Source of the DNA: an uncultured archaeon
GTDB lineage: Archaea > Thermoproteota > Nitrososphaeria_A > Caldarchaeales > Calditenuaceae
Length of the DNA: 64,000 bases
NCBI GenBank assembly: GCA_937921685.1
Contig: CAKZUF010000007.1
Location: 55,384-119,383 of the forward strand
Direction of reading: 5' to 3'
Part shown: positions 54,026-64,000 of the stretch, in pieces
How the letters are laid out: each line of letters begins with the position of its first letter
How positions within the stretch are numbered: position 1 is the stretch's first letter
Translations under genes and position numbers: made by a program
Notes under the pieces: model-generated
The model's input: the letters and a program-made list of their open reading frames with translations, nothing else
Told to the model about the DNA's origin: nothing
Database searches by the model: none

Positions 54026-56057
54026 GCGTCTGCCTCATATTCTTCTTCAGCTCCTCGAGACTTTCTGTGGGTAGGAGGCATTTAAAGCCCCTGCAGAAAT
54101 AATAGGTGGCGCCTCCTCCCGCTGCCTCTTTCCCGACCCAGAGACTTTTTAACGCCTCCGACCTAGACGGAGAGACGACTACGTAGGGCTCAAAGATCTT
54201 TGAGGCGAGTTGGCAGAGATGTTGCCAAGGATCGCCGGTTGTGGCGACTACGAGCTGTCCTCCCAAGTCTAAAACGAATGGGATGGCTGAGATGATCGAG
54301 ATATGGCTCAGGGGGTCGTCCTGAAGCCTCTGCCAAGCCGCCTTCACCGCTCTTCGCGCAGGCTCAAAAAACCTCTCCTCGCCTGTTAGAAGGTAGAGCT
54401 GGGCGAGAAGCTGGACCGCTGCCGCGTATCCGCTTGGATATGCGTGGTCCTCTATAGACATTGGTCTGATGGGCGTGTCTGGGTCTGGGGGTGTGTCATG
54501 GAGCCCTCCAGACTGGGAGTCAAACTTTTCCAGAATATCATCTGCTAGGCTCAAGGCGGCGTCGAGATACTTGCCCCCTCCGGTCCACTGGTAAAGGTCT
54601 AGAAGGCCGCACCCCAGCAGAGCATAGTCTTCGAGAAGCCCGCGCGCCTCGGCGGGACCTTCTCTCCAATACCTTCTCAGCTCTCCATCAAGGTAGAGCT
54701 CCTTCAGGATAAACTCTACAGCGTCTCTCGCCGCGTTAGATAGGACTGTGTCAGCCGTGACTGCCGCGGCGTATGATAGCCCGCTCAAGAGTATGCCGTT
54801 CCATGACGCTATGATCTTGTCGTCCACCGCCGGTTTTTGCTTCTTCCTCCTATGCTCTCCAAGCTTCTTGCTGATGTAGTCTAAAGCACTGAAGAGGTCC
54901 ATGCCTAGGGCTTCTGAGATTTTTTCGGGTTTGGGGGGGAGCCTTATGACATTCAGGCCGTTCCCAAAGTTTCCAACAGGGGTGCAGCCAAGCATCCTGG
55001 CTACCTCATCTCCAAGAGCCCCGGCCACCTCGTCCCAACTATACAGGTAATATCCACCCTCAACGCCTCGACTCTCAGCGCTGAGAGCGGAGTAGAAGCC
55101 GCCACCAGCCGACTTGAGCTCTGAGAGGAGCCAGCGTGAAGTATCCCTGACAACGTAGAGATATAGGGGGTTTTTGGTAGCGGCCCAAGCCTCAGCATAG
55201 AGTTTGAGGAGCATTCCGTTGTCGTAGAGCATCTTTTCGAAGTGGGGTACTGTCCAAGCCCTGTCTACAGCGTATCTGTGGAACCCTCCCCCCACGTGGT
55301 CGTATATTCCGCCGAGGAAAATCGCGTTAAGTGTCTTCTCCACCATCCTAAGAGCCATGGGCTCGCCTTTCAGCCTCCAGTAGCGGAGTAGGAATAGCTG
55401 GCTGGTGGGCATCGGGAATTTTGGAGCACCCCTTATTCCGCCAAACTCGTCGTCGAAGAGGAGGACTAGTTGGTCATAAGCCATGTCTATGGCATCAATC
55501 TTGACCTCCGCCTCGCCTTCAACACGGAGGGTGAGAGACTTGGAGACCAGTTCGAACAGGTTGCTACCGCTGTTCAGAATCTCCGACCTCCTCTTTTCCC
55601 AGGCCTCCTTGACAGCTAAAAGCACATCCTTGAGGCTTGGAAGGTTATATCGCGGCTCGGGTGGGAAGTAGGTGCCGCCGAAGAAGGGCTTCAGGTCCGG
55701 AGTAAGAAAGACGGTGAGCGGCCAGCCTCCCTGACCCGTCAACAATAATACAGCCCTCATGTAGATGGCGTCGATATCCGGCCTCTCCTCCCTATCCACC
55801 TTGACAGGCACGAAATACTTGTTCAGTATATTGCTTATGGTGTGGTTCTTAAACGACTCCCTCTGCATTACATGGCACCAGTGGCAGGAGAGGTATCCTA
55901 TGCTTAGGAAGATGGGTTTATCCTCCTCCCTCGCCTTCCTAAAGGCCTCCTCTCCCCATGTATACCAGTCAACAGGGTCGTCGGCGTGAAGCTGTAGGTA
56001 GGGGCTCCTACTATCGGCCAGCCTGTTGAGCCTACGGCGAACGGCATCTCCAGACAA
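54018..56057 (-). CDS. thioredoxin-domain protein of the DUF255/YyaL family, with a six-hairpin glycosidase-like domain
   Basis: [22 protein letters not shown]...[18 protein letters not shown] is the canonical DUF255 N-terminus. Confidence 0.8.
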   Translation of the reverse strand: MSGDAVRRRLNRLADSRSPYLQLHADDPVDWYTWGEEAFRKAREEDKPIFLSIGYLSCHWCHVMQRESFKNHTISNILNKYFVPVKVDREERPDIDAIYMRAVLLLTGQGGWPLTVFLTPDLKPFFGGTYFPPEPRYNLPSLKDVLLAVKEAWEKRRSEILNSGSNLFELVSKSLTLRVEGEAEVKIDAIDMAYDQLVLLFDDEFGGIRGAPKFPMPTSQLFLLRYWRLKGEPMALRMVEKTLNAIFLGGIYDHVGGGFHRYAVDRAWTVPHFEKMLYDNGMLLKLYAEAWAATKNPLYLYVVRDTSRWLLSELKSAGGGFYSALSAESRGVEGGYYLYSWDEVAGALGDEVARMLGCTPVGNFGNGLNVIRLPPKPEKISEALGMDLFSALDYISKKLGEHRRKKQKPAVDDKIIASWNGILLSGLSYAAAVTADTVLSNAARDAVEFILKELYLDGELRRYWREGPAEARGLLEDYALLGCGLLDLYQWTGGGKYLDAALSLADDILEKFDSQSGGLHDTPPDPDTPIRPMSIEDHAYPSGYAAAVQLLAQLYLLTGEERFFEPARRAVKAAWQRLQDDPLSHISIISAIPFVLDLGGQLVVATTGDPWQHLCQLASKIFEPYVVVSPSRSEALKSLWVGKEAAGGGATYYFCRGFKCLLPTESLEELKKNMRQTLS

Positions 56058-56124
56058 TCTACCGCAGTATCCCCGCCATAACTTATTAAACTCTCCAGAA
56101 CTAAATACTCTCAGGTAGTCTCGA

Positions 56125-56673
56125 TTGCTGGAGATAAACGGCTACGTTTCAGGGATAAGGCCGAAGAGGGCGGGGAAAACAATCGTAGTCGAGGTCTCCG
56201 TATCCACTCTCTCTGGTGAGAGTTATGAGGCGGTGCTCCACAACCCTCCCGACTGGCTGGAGATAGGATCTAAAATTGCTTGTAAGATTGAGCAGATACC
56301 CGGAAGACAAGGCGTAACCCAGGTGGTCCTAGAGCTGAGACCCTCCCCAACACTACCAGACATAGCCCAGGTCGAGCTCTCTATAGAATCTGTCAAAGGG
56401 ACGCCTGACGGCAGCCTGATGGTGGAGGGGAGAAAAGAGGGTGGTGGCCTCTTCAGTTACTTGTTGAAGCCTGAAAACGCCGCCATCGACGAGGCAAGCC
56501 TCCCGTGCAGAGCCGTTGCTCTCAAGACTCAACAGATGGGGGCTGACAAGGTGATAGCTATTATACCGGTCAAAAACCTCCAGATCATGAGGAGGGCCAA
56601 GGAGCTTATGATGCAGCTTAAAAAGGAGGAAGAGTATAGGCCAGAGCTGGAGTTCCTTCCAGGACCCCTTTAA
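56125..56673 (+). CDS. hypothetical protein (182 aa)
   Basis: No recognisable motif. The N-terminal region is beta-rich and the C-terminal 40 aa are helical ([23 protein letters not shown]). Confidence 0.3.
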   Translation: MLEINGYVSGIRPKRAGKTIVVEVSVSTLSGESYEAVLHNPPDWLEIGSKIACKIEQIPGRQGVTQVVLELRPSPTLPDIAQVELSIESVKGTPDGSLMVEGRKEGGGLFSYLLKPENAAIDEASLPCRAVALKTQQMGADKVIAIIPVKNLQIMRRAKELMMQLKKEEEYRPELEFLPGPL

Positions 56674-56708
56674 CAGAACCTTGAAGAAGTGATAAATTTT
56701 AGTAATAC

Positions 56709-57053
56709 TTGAGGGGGCTAATCTCTCGAGTGTTGTTGCGGGTCTGCAGCTTGAAAGAGGTCCCTGAGGACGGGATGATCAGGGTTGACCTGAAGGGTAA
56801 AGAGCTCTTAGTAGCTAGGGTGAGGGAGAGGGTCTACGTGAGTGATGTCTGGTGCACGCATGAGGAGGGCGACCTTAGCCTAGGCCTGCTAGAGGGCGAT
56901 ATTGTTAAGTGTCCACTCCATGGGGCCAGGTTCAGGCTTGCCGACGGCTCAGTGGTTGAAGGGCCAGAGGGTGAGTCGCCAGAAGCGATACCCAGGCTCA
57001 AAACCTACAAAGTTCAGGTTCAAGAAGGTGAAATCTATATTGAAGAGCCGTAA
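56709..57053 (+). CDS. small Rieske [2Fe-2S] ferredoxin-like protein (NirD-like)
   Basis: CTHEEGDLSLG...CPLHGARF gives the CxH-x(15-17)-CxxH Rieske ligand pattern. Confidence 0.65.
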   Translation: MRGLISRVLLRVCSLKEVPEDGMIRVDLKGKELLVARVRERVYVSDVWCTHEEGDLSLGLLEGDIVKCPLHGARFRLADGSVVEGPEGESPEAIPRLKTYKVQVQEGEIYIEEP

Positions 57054-57129
57054 GGCGCGTAACTCTCTCCAAATATAAAACAGACATGGCCAAGGAAAAG
57101 CTATAATAACAGCAAACTCTATTTTCAAT

Positions 57130-58752
57130 GTGCCGAAATACATCTTCGTCACGGGGGGCGTCATATCCTCCGTCGGGAAGGGAACGGTCGCAGCTTCTAT
57201 CGGGAAAATACTCCAGTCCCGTGGGTACAGTGTTGATTTTCTGAAGATAGACCCTTACGTTAATGTAGACGCTGGGACGCTGAACCCCTACAGCCACGGC
57301 GAAGTATTCGTTACAGATGATGGCGGCGAGACGGACCTAGACCTTGGATGGTATGAGAGGTTTCTTGACGTTCCCATGAGTAGATTAAACAACCTCACCA
57401 CTGGGCAGGTCTTTCAAGAGGTGATTCGTAGGGAACGTGCCGGTGAGTACCTCGGCCAGTGTGTACAAATCGTTACTCATGTAACTGATGAGATTAAGCG
57501 GAGAATAAGACTGGTCGCTGAGAGGAGGGGGGCAGATATAATAATTGTGGAGATTGGAGGGACAGTTGGGGACATTGAGGCTCAGCCGTTCTACGAAGCC
57601 GCTAGGCAGATGAAATTGGAGGAAGAGACACTCTTCGTTCATGTCTCACTTGTCATATACCTCAAGACCACCGGTGAGTTTAAGACCAAGGCACTCCAAC
57701 ACAGTGTAAACGAGCTTAGGAGGACTGGAATACAGCCCGACATAATAGTGGCTAGAAGCGAGAGAATCATCGACGAGCCCACTAGGAGGAAAATCGCACT
57801 CTTCGGCACGCTCCCCAAGGAGGCGGTATTCTGCTCATACGACACCGATGTAATTTATGAGGTCCCCCTCATATTAGACCAGCAAGGGCTGGGAGATTAT
57901 ATTGCGAAGCACCTATCTCTGAGGAATGTCCAGTCCGATTTGGCTGAGTGGCGCAGAATAGTTGAGACCTTCAAGTCGAACGGCCCGTTAGTGAAGATAG
58001 CCGTATGCGGCAAATACACGGCCCTGACCGACTCGTACATCAGCATCAAGGAGGCCCTCAAACACGCATCTGCTTACCAGAATGCGAGGCTGGAGATCCT
58101 TTGGGTTGATGCTGAGAAGGTTGAGCGCGACAGTATCGAGGAGTTCTCCAAGCTCGAAGAGGCGCATGGAATACTTGTGCCCGGAGGCTTCGGCAGGCGC
58201 GGGTCTGAGGGCAAGATAATTGCTATAAACCTAGCCAGGACTCAGGATAAGCCGTTCCTAGGTATTTGTTTTGGCCTACAGATGGCCGTTGTCGAGTTCT
58301 CTAGAAATGTTTTAGGCCTGAAGGGCGCCAACTCGACGGAACATGATCAAGATACACCGCACCCAGTGATTGATCTTATGCCCGAGCAGCGCCAAACGGA
58401 GCAGAAGGGCGGGACTATGCGCCTCGGCTCACTTCCAGTGGTTATAAGGAAGGGGACGCTGGCATACAAGCTATACGAGTCGGAGCTAATACATCAGAGG
58501 CACCGGCACAGATACGAGGTAAATCCCGCATATCACCAGAAATTAACAGGTGCTGGGCTCGTATTCTCAGGCCTCTCCCCAGATGGTAGGAGGGTTGAGA
58601 TAATAGAGCTCCCCAGTAAGAAATACTTCATAGCGACGCAATACCATCCAGAGTTTAAGTCGCGGCCAGGGAAACCGGAGCCTGTTTTTCGTGGGCTGAT
58701 TGCCGCGGCGCTCGCTGAGGTTAAAATTAAGGACGTGCAAGTTAAGGTTTAA
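57130..58752 (+). CDS. pyrG: CTP synthase
   Basis: [24 protein letters not shown]-terminus and the GATase domain GICFGLQ. Confidence 0.9.
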   Translation: MPKYIFVTGGVISSVGKGTVAASIGKILQSRGYSVDFLKIDPYVNVDAGTLNPYSHGEVFVTDDGGETDLDLGWYERFLDVPMSRLNNLTTGQVFQEVIRRERAGEYLGQCVQIVTHVTDEIKRRIRLVAERRGADIIIVEIGGTVGDIEAQPFYEAARQMKLEEETLFVHVSLVIYLKTTGEFKTKALQHSVNELRRTGIQPDIIVARSERIIDEPTRRKIALFGTLPKEAVFCSYDTDVIYEVPLILDQQGLGDYIAKHLSLRNVQSDLAEWRRIVETFKSNGPLVKIAVCGKYTALTDSYISIKEALKHASAYQNARLEILWVDAEKVERDSIEEFSKLEEAHGILVPGGFGRRGSEGKIIAINLARTQDKPFLGICFGLQMAVVEFSRNVLGLKGANSTEHDQDTPHPVIDLMPEQRQTEQKGGTMRLGSLPVVIRKGTLAYKLYESELIHQRHRHRYEVNPAYHQKLTGAGLVFSGLSPDGRRVEIIELPSKKYFIATQYHPEFKSRPGKPEPVFRGLIAAALAEVKIKDVQVKV

Positions 58753-59483
58753 TGAGTGAGGTAGTGCTCGTCGATGCACACTGCCATGTCCACGAGTATA
58801 GTGATGAGGAGATCAAAAGCTTCGGGAATATTAGGATAGCAGGGGTGGCAATGGATTACGAGTCGTCTGGAGCTACCCTCGAGTTAGCGAAAAGGTTTAG
58901 AAATATAGACCCTTTCGTGGGGCTGCATCCTTGGAACCTTCACAAGAACTTGGATGAGCTCGAAAACATAAAGAGGCTTGCGGTTTCATGCGGGGCTTCA
59001 GGCCTAGGTGAAGTGGGCGTCGACTTAAGGTTCGCCAGAGCACCTTTCAAGGAGCAGTTAAAGGTTTTCAGCGAAATATGCGAGTTAGCCGTTGAGAATG
59101 GCCTCCCATTAAACGTCCACGCCCTCGGAGGCTGGGATTCAGTTGTTAAGACTTGCATAAAGCTTGGCGTGAAGTCTCTTCTCCTACACTGGTACACCGG
59201 GCCGCTCGAGCTCCTTAAAGAGATTAGGGATGCGAGCTACTTTATCTCGATCAACCCAGCCGTGACGATTCAGCAGAAGCACATGCATATTCTCAGAGAA
59301 GCCGATATGGACATCATCCTGACTGAGAGCGACGGCCCCTACAACTATAGAGGGGTGGAGCTGACTCCTAAGAGCTTGCCTGGGCTCCTCAACACGATTG
59401 CATCCGTCAAGAGACTAACTGTGGCGGAAGCGTCCCGCCTAATTTATGAGAACTATCTCCGATTCCTAGGCGCCTCCAGATGA
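58752..59483 (+). CDS. tatD: TatD-family metal-dependent hydrolase/DNase
   Basis: VDAHCHV N-terminal motif and TIM-barrel hydrolase pattern. Confidence 0.8.
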   Translation: MSEVVLVDAHCHVHEYSDEEIKSFGNIRIAGVAMDYESSGATLELAKRFRNIDPFVGLHPWNLHKNLDELENIKRLAVSCGASGLGEVGVDLRFARAPFKEQLKVFSEICELAVENGLPLNVHALGGWDSVVKTCIKLGVKSLLLHWYTGPLELLKEIRDASYFISINPAVTIQQKHMHILREADMDIILTESDGPYNYRGVELTPKSLPGLLNTIASVKRLTVAEASRLIYENYLRFLGASR

Positions 59484-60374
59484 CCTCGAGACAGTATGCC
59501 TTGCCAGGTCCTCCAACACTTTGACAACTGCTTGTGTCCCCAGCGCTCCCTCACCCCTAGCTGCCAGTGATTTGAAGAGCTGGTGGATAAGGGCTGTGCC
59601 CGGGAGGGGGAGGTTGAGCTCCTGCCCTATCTCGAGGGCTATGCGGAGGTCTTTCATCAGATGCTCTGCCTTAAAACCTGGTCTAAAATCTCTATTAACA
59701 ATTGCAGGTCCAAGGTTGGCGAGCTGCCAAGAGGACCCCGCCCCAGACGATATGACCTCTATCACCTTATCAAGGTCTAGGCCCGCTTTTGAGGCAAGCA
59801 ATAGGGCTTCACAGGCTCCGAATAGGGAGAGTGCTACTGATATCTGGTTGCATATCTTAGTCATCTGCCCTGAGCCGCTTGGACCCATGTAGACAATCCT
59901 CTGGCCGAGGACTCTTAATATCGGCTCGGCCTCTTTGAAGACCTCGTAGTCACCTCCGACCATAATAGCGAGTGTTCCCTGCTCCGCGCCTATTGTCCCT
60001 CCTGTTACAGGTGCGTCAAGATAACCTACCCCTCTCTGCTTTAAGGACTTGTATATTTCCCTCTCAACCGCTGGGGAGATAGTTGACATGTCTATTACGA
60101 TCGAGCCGGGCTTTGCGCCGTAAATAACTCCTTTCTCACCCAGCACCACTCCTTGCACGTCCTTAGAGTCTGGGAGCATCAAGATTGTGTAGTCGGACTT
60201 ATCTGCAGCCTCGCCGGGGGAGCCCGCCGCTTCAGCTCCGTGCCTGACAAGCTCCTCGACCGGTGCCTTACTCCTGTTAAACACCTTCAGCTCATGCCCC
60301 GCCGCTAGCAGCCTCTTGGCCATCGGCCTCCCCATCAAGCCGAGGCCGATGAAACCTATTCTGGCCACATGCAT
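59466..60374 (-). CDS. NAD(P)-dependent 3-hydroxyisobutyrate dehydrogenase-family oxidoreductase
   Basis: IGFIGLGLMGRPMA Rossmann motif and HIBADH-family layout. Confidence 0.8.
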   Translation of the reverse strand: MHVARIGFIGLGLMGRPMAKRLLAAGHELKVFNRSKAPVEELVRHGAEAAGSPGEAADKSDYTILMLPDSKDVQGVVLGEKGVIYGAKPGSIVIDMSTISPAVEREIYKSLKQRGVGYLDAPVTGGTIGAEQGTLAIMVGGDYEVFKEAEPILRVLGQRIVYMGPSGSGQMTKICNQISVALSLFGACEALLLASKAGLDLDKVIEVISSGAGSSWQLANLGPAIVNRDFRPGFKAEHLMKDLRIALEIGQELNLPLPGTALIHQLFKSLAARGEGALGTQAVVKVLEDLARHTVSRSSGGA

Positions 60375-60432
60375 CGAGGTGTGGCCAAGACTATTAATAT
60401 ATCGTCGGCTAGAATGTTTCCGTGTCTAGGTT

Positions 60433-60939
60433 GTGAAGACGTTTGTGCGCTCAATTAGGTCATGGCTTGGCCGTGTAGAGGTCGCGGCTAGTGAGGATCA
60501 TCTGCTCTTTGTCGGTGTAGGTGGTGGGGAGGCGGTGGGGTTTTTGAGGGCTTGGGGGCTACCGTCCCCAGCGGGTGTGGGTGGCGGATTGATCGACGAG
60601 GTTGAGGCGCAGATTATTGAATATTTTGAGGGTAGGCGAAGGTCTTTCAGTCTGCCCGTCAGTTTCTTCGGAACCGATTTCCAACTGAGGGTTTGGGAGA
60701 AGACTATGGAGATCCCTTTCGGATCTACGCGGAGCTACTCCTGGGTTGCGAGGGAGATTGGCTGTCCCTCTCCTAGGCCGGTTGGGAGAGCCCTGTCGGC
60801 GAACCACCTCTTGCTTGTTGTACCCTGTCACAGGGTTGTGGAGGCTCACGGTGGCCTCGGGGGGTTCTCAGCGGGTCTAGCCTTGAAGAAGAAGCTCTTA
60901 CAGCATGAGGCGAGGCATGTTGGGAAAGAGCTGCGATAA
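60433..60939 (+). CDS. ogt: methylated-DNA--protein-cysteine methyltransferase
   Basis: PCHRVV active-site motif and IPFGSTRSYSWVA. Confidence 0.8.
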   Translation: MKTFVRSIRSWLGRVEVAASEDHLLFVGVGGGEAVGFLRAWGLPSPAGVGGGLIDEVEAQIIEYFEGRRRSFSLPVSFFGTDFQLRVWEKTMEIPFGSTRSYSWVAREIGCPSPRPVGRALSANHLLLVVPCHRVVEAHGGLGGFSAGLALKKKLLQHEARHVGKELR

Positions 60940-60972
60940 AACTAAATCGGCCTCGATACACTGAAAGTTAGA

Positions 60973-62547
60973 GTGTCGAGACGCATTAAGCTCCCGCCCA
61001 ACGAAGGAGAGCACATCGAGTTTAAGGAGAGGCTCATCCCGCTCGTTCATTTGAAGCCTGAGAGGAGGCAGCAGCTAAGCACTCAGCTAAAATCTCATCT
61101 ACTGGAAGGGGGTGGGGTAGCGGTCTATCTATTGGGAGTAAACGACGACGGTGTGGTCGTAGGGCTTAGTGAATATGATTTGGAGATGAGCCTCTCGGTT
61201 CTTTCAGCAGTGGTGGCGGAGAGCGGCGCTAGGGTTAGGAGGGTTGAGAGGTTTGAGACGGAGAAGGGCTTGATAGCTAGGGTCGTGATAGAGTCCCTCC
61301 CCACCGCTGCTAAGCCGCACATCACGGTGGCCGTGGCGGGGCATGTCAACCACGGTAAGTCGACACTTATCGCCTGCCTCCTCACAAATCAGCCAGACGA
61401 TGGTAAGAAGTGGCTATACCTCGACACACTCCCCCATGAGGTTGAGAGAAACCTCTCCGCCGATATTCACCTCGCAGTCCTAGGCTTCAAGGAAGGAAGG
61501 CCGCTAACCATGAGTAACCCCTTAGACAAGATGGAGCGAGTAAGGATAGTGGAAGAGGGTGAGAAGCTCATCAGCTTCGTGGATACTGTGGGGCATGAGC
61601 CTTGGCTGAGGACGACAATTAGGGGCCTAGTTGGGCAGGAGGTGGACTACGGAGTACTCGTCGTGGCAGCAGATGACGGAGTCACACACCTCACACGCGA
61701 GCACTTAGGGATCATGCTAGGCCTAGGCATTCCAGTGATAGTGTGTATCACGAAGAAGGATAAGGTGTCACAGGGCAGGGTGGCGGAGGTTAGGGAAGGG
61801 GTTGCCCAGCTTCTGAAGAGGGTGGGCCGAATACCATTCCTCATACGGGAGCCATCAGACATAGACATAGTATACGACAAGACAGGGCTTGTAGTGCCAA
61901 TACTAGAGGTCTCTGCGAAGACTCTGGAGGGGTTCGAGAACCTGTATAGACTTTTGGCCCTATTGCCGCAGCGAGAGAAGCCGCTTGACAAGCCATTCCT
62001 CCTCTACATCGATAGAATCTACGATATTGAGGGGGTGGGGAGCGTGGTCTCCGGCACCGTCAGGCAGGGGAGGCTGAGAGCAGGCGCTGAACTCCTACTC
62101 GGCCCCTACCCAGACGGCGGGTTCAAGAGAGTCAAGGCGCGGAGCATAGAGATCCACAACACTCGAGTAGAGGAGGCAGTCGCAGGCTATGTCGTCGGAG
62201 TCGCGATCAGGGGAGTCTCTCACGATGAAATTCGCAGGGGGATGGTACTTTGCGATGAGGAGCTCTCACCCCACGCGGTCTGGAGCTTTTCCGCCGAGGT
62301 CCTAGTCCTTAACAATCCTAGCAGGTTCGCCCCGGGCTATGAGCCAGTCATGCAGTGCCACACCATCTCACAGAGCGTGAGAATCGTGGAGCTGGATAGG
62401 GAGTATGTGAGGCCAGGGGAGCAGGGGAACGCCGTTCTCGAGTTCAAATACAGTCCCATGCTTGTCTATCCGCAGGACAGGTTTGTCCTGAGGGAGGGAC
62501 GGACTAAGGGAATAGGAGTAATCAAGAGAATACTCAGATATGCTTAA
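60973..62547 (+). CDS. EF-Tu-superfamily GTPase (GTPBP1-like) with an extra N-terminal domain of about 100 aa
   Basis: G1 motif AGHVNHGKST, DTVGHE, ITKKD, and beta-barrel domains II/III. Confidence 0.75.
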   Translation: MSRRIKLPPNEGEHIEFKERLIPLVHLKPERRQQLSTQLKSHLLEGGGVAVYLLGVNDDGVVVGLSEYDLEMSLSVLSAVVAESGARVRRVERFETEKGLIARVVIESLPTAAKPHITVAVAGHVNHGKSTLIACLLTNQPDDGKKWLYLDTLPHEVERNLSADIHLAVLGFKEGRPLTMSNPLDKMERVRIVEEGEKLISFVDTVGHEPWLRTTIRGLVGQEVDYGVLVVAADDGVTHLTREHLGIMLGLGIPVIVCITKKDKVSQGRVAEVREGVAQLLKRVGRIPFLIREPSDIDIVYDKTGLVVPILEVSAKTLEGFENLYRLLALLPQREKPLDKPFLLYIDRIYDIEGVGSVVSGTVRQGRLRAGAELLLGPYPDGGFKRVKARSIEIHNTRVEEAVAGYVVGVAIRGVSHDEIRRGMVLCDEELSPHAVWSFSAEVLVLNNPSRFAPGYEPVMQCHTISQSVRIVELDREYVRPGEQGNAVLEFKYSPMLVYPQDRFVLREGRTKGIGVIKRILRYA

Positions 62548-63598
62548 CAACAGGAAGGTAAAGGGGCTGGGGGTCTCGGTTCCAACGATTTATGCCGAGA
62601 AGGTGAGAGAGATTTTGAAGAATAGATCCGCGATAGAGCCCTCACTCAAACCTCTGAGGATGGGTGACAAAGTAGTCTTCCCTCTCAAGCAAAATACACC
62701 TCTTTTGGAGGGGGTTGTTCCACCCGAGCTGGGGTGTGAGTTGGTGTGGGAAGAGTTTCAGGAGAGGCGTACTACGCCACGAAGCATTAGGGAGGCGCTT
62801 TCAGGCATCATAAGTGGCGAACTTCTCGAAAAGCTCCCCTCATCCTACGATGTTGTAGGCGACATAGCGGTAGTGCATATACCCGAGGGCCTTGAGTCAT
62901 TTGGTAGGCAGATAGGCGAGGCGATAATTCGTGTCAACCCATCAGTAAAAGTTGTCCTCGGAGAGGCAGGCCCCGTAGCAGGAGTCTATAGGACGCGGAG
63001 ACTCGTGCATCTGGCCGGAGAGGCGCGAACATTTACGATTCACAAGGAGCATGGATGTGTCTTCCAAGTGGATCTGGAGAAGGTCTATTTCAACCCGCGG
63101 CTGGCCGGTGAGAGGATGAGAATCGCAGGATTGACGAGGAGTGATGAGGTTGTCGCGGACATGTTCGCCGGTGTTGGGCCCTTTGCGGTCGCGATAGCTA
63201 GACATGCAGGAGCTAGGGTTTTTGCCTCGGAGATAAATCCCGACGCCTATGACTTGCTGGTGAAAAACATACAGATCAACAAGCTAGCAGGCCGCGTGGT
63301 GCCACTATTCGGCGACTGCAGAGCTACATTCTCTAACAATCAGATAAGCGCTGACAGGGTGGTCATGAACTATCCCTCAGACCCTCTCAGCTTCCTCGAC
63401 ACAGCCTTCAAAATACTTCGCGGAAGAGGAGTGATCCACCTATACGGCTTCGCAGAAGACACTGAAGAGTGGCGCTCAAAAATAGTGGAGAGGGTCAGAG
63501 AGCTTGGGGCCTCCTGCGACTTAGTGGTAAAAAGGCTCAAACCTGTCTCGCCGAGTAGAAACCTCGTAGTAGCTGATATCGGGGTCCGTTTCTCCTAG
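62540..63598 (+). CDS. tRNA (guanine37-N1)-methyltransferase Trm5 / Taw2-type (Met-10+ like)
   Basis: Class I SAM MTase segment VVADMFAGVGPFAVAIA and Trm5/TYW2 architecture. Confidence 0.7.
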   Translation: MLNNRKVKGLGVSVPTIYAEKVREILKNRSAIEPSLKPLRMGDKVVFPLKQNTPLLEGVVPPELGCELVWEEFQERRTTPRSIREALSGIISGELLEKLPSSYDVVGDIAVVHIPEGLESFGRQIGEAIIRVNPSVKVVLGEAGPVAGVYRTRRLVHLAGEARTFTIHKEHGCVFQVDLEKVYFNPRLAGERMRIAGLTRSDEVVADMFAGVGPFAVAIARHAGARVFASEINPDAYDLLVKNIQINKLAGRVVPLFGDCRATFSNNQISADRVVMNYPSDPLSFLDTAFKILRGRGVIHLYGFAEDTEEWRSKIVERVRELGASCDLVVKRLKPVSPSRNLVVADIGVRFS

Positions 63599-63674
63599 CC
63601 TGTGCAGGCCGGTTATTCCAGCAGATGGGGAAAGGTTTATCCATCTAGAAGGACCGCTAATACCTAGAAGCGGC

Positions 63675-64000
63675 TTGGGCGTAAAGCTTGGAGACCTGAT
63701 ACCGCAGGAGGCCGTCCAGACAATCCAGCTTAGCGATTTATCTGGGAAAGTAATAGCCATTGACGGTTACAATATCCTATACCAGTTTCTCTCGATAATA
63801 AGGGGGCCTGACGGAAGGCCACTCCAGGACAGGAAGGGGCGCGTAACCAGCCACCTCAGCGGCCTCTTCTTCAGGACAGCGAACTTCATTAAAAACGGCA
63901 TAAAAGTCGTCTATGTCTTTGACGGCCAGCCACCACAGCTCAAGAGGGAGACCATAAGGAAGAGGATTGAGCTGAGAGAGAAGGCTAAAAAGATGTATGA
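63675..64000 (+). CDS. fen: flap endonuclease 1 (5' part; continues beyond the window)
   Basis: TTG start. LGVKLGDLIPQEAVQTIQLSDLSGKVIAIDGYNILYQFLSIIR...VYVFDGQPPQLK is the canonical FEN-1 N-domain. Confidence 0.8.
   Translation, partial: MGVKLGDLIPQEAVQTIQLSDLSGKVIAIDGYNILYQFLSIIRGPDGRPLQDRKGRVTSHLSGLFFRTANFIKNGIKVVYVFDGQPPQLKRETIRKRIELREKAKKMY

Noticed and set aside
1-64000. CRISPR arrays, rRNA genes, transposases and integrases
   Set aside because: I scanned for regularly spaced direct repeats, IS-like inverted terminal repeats, and integrase or transposase motifs near the two tRNA genes; none were found. The only repeats are the short dyads at 7047 and 7316.

Overview
This window reads as a compact, gene-dense archaeal chromosomal segment. 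The likely source is a thermophilic member of the Thermoproteota (Crenarchaeota), Thermoproteales-like. The evidence is Arg/Glu/Val-rich proteins, archaeal ribosomal-protein operons containing the RNase P p29 subunit, aRF1, Pelota, archaeal DnaG, Top6B, an SMC-ScpAB operon, a tRNA-Tyr with C1:G72 and an intron after position 37, and TTG/GTG start codons. I called about 76 protein genes and 2 tRNAs. Most are housekeeping: a large-ribosomal-subunit operon fragment (L22-S3-L29-Rnp1-S17-L14-L24-S4e-L5), secE-spt5-L11, L1/L10/L12 in a rearranged layout, AlaRS, CTP synthase, OTC, UMP kinase, SdhBCD, SMC-ScpA-ScpB and TopoVI-B. I saw no CRISPR array, no rRNA, and no transposase or integrase. The candidates for something new are: a Cys-rich NarO-like HTH_10 regulator divergent from a NirK-type copper oxidoreductase with a fused C-terminal cupredoxin and membrane anchor, followed by Sco1 and an orphan NuoL/MrpA-like subunit; a matrixin-type metzincin with five or more internal repeats and a C-terminal anchor, sitting directly after the ribosomal L5 gene; a KNTase-like nucleotidyltransferase whose stop overlaps the Pelota start; an SDR-epimerase / class-V aminotransferase / DUF4432 three-gene operon; a roughly 530 bp AT-rich intergenic region carrying two copies of a near-palindromic 12-mer; and an HhH-GPD-like gene inserted into a scrambled L11-L1-L10-L12 locus. 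Every functional call is motif-level reading by eye and should be confirmed by HMM or BLAST search.
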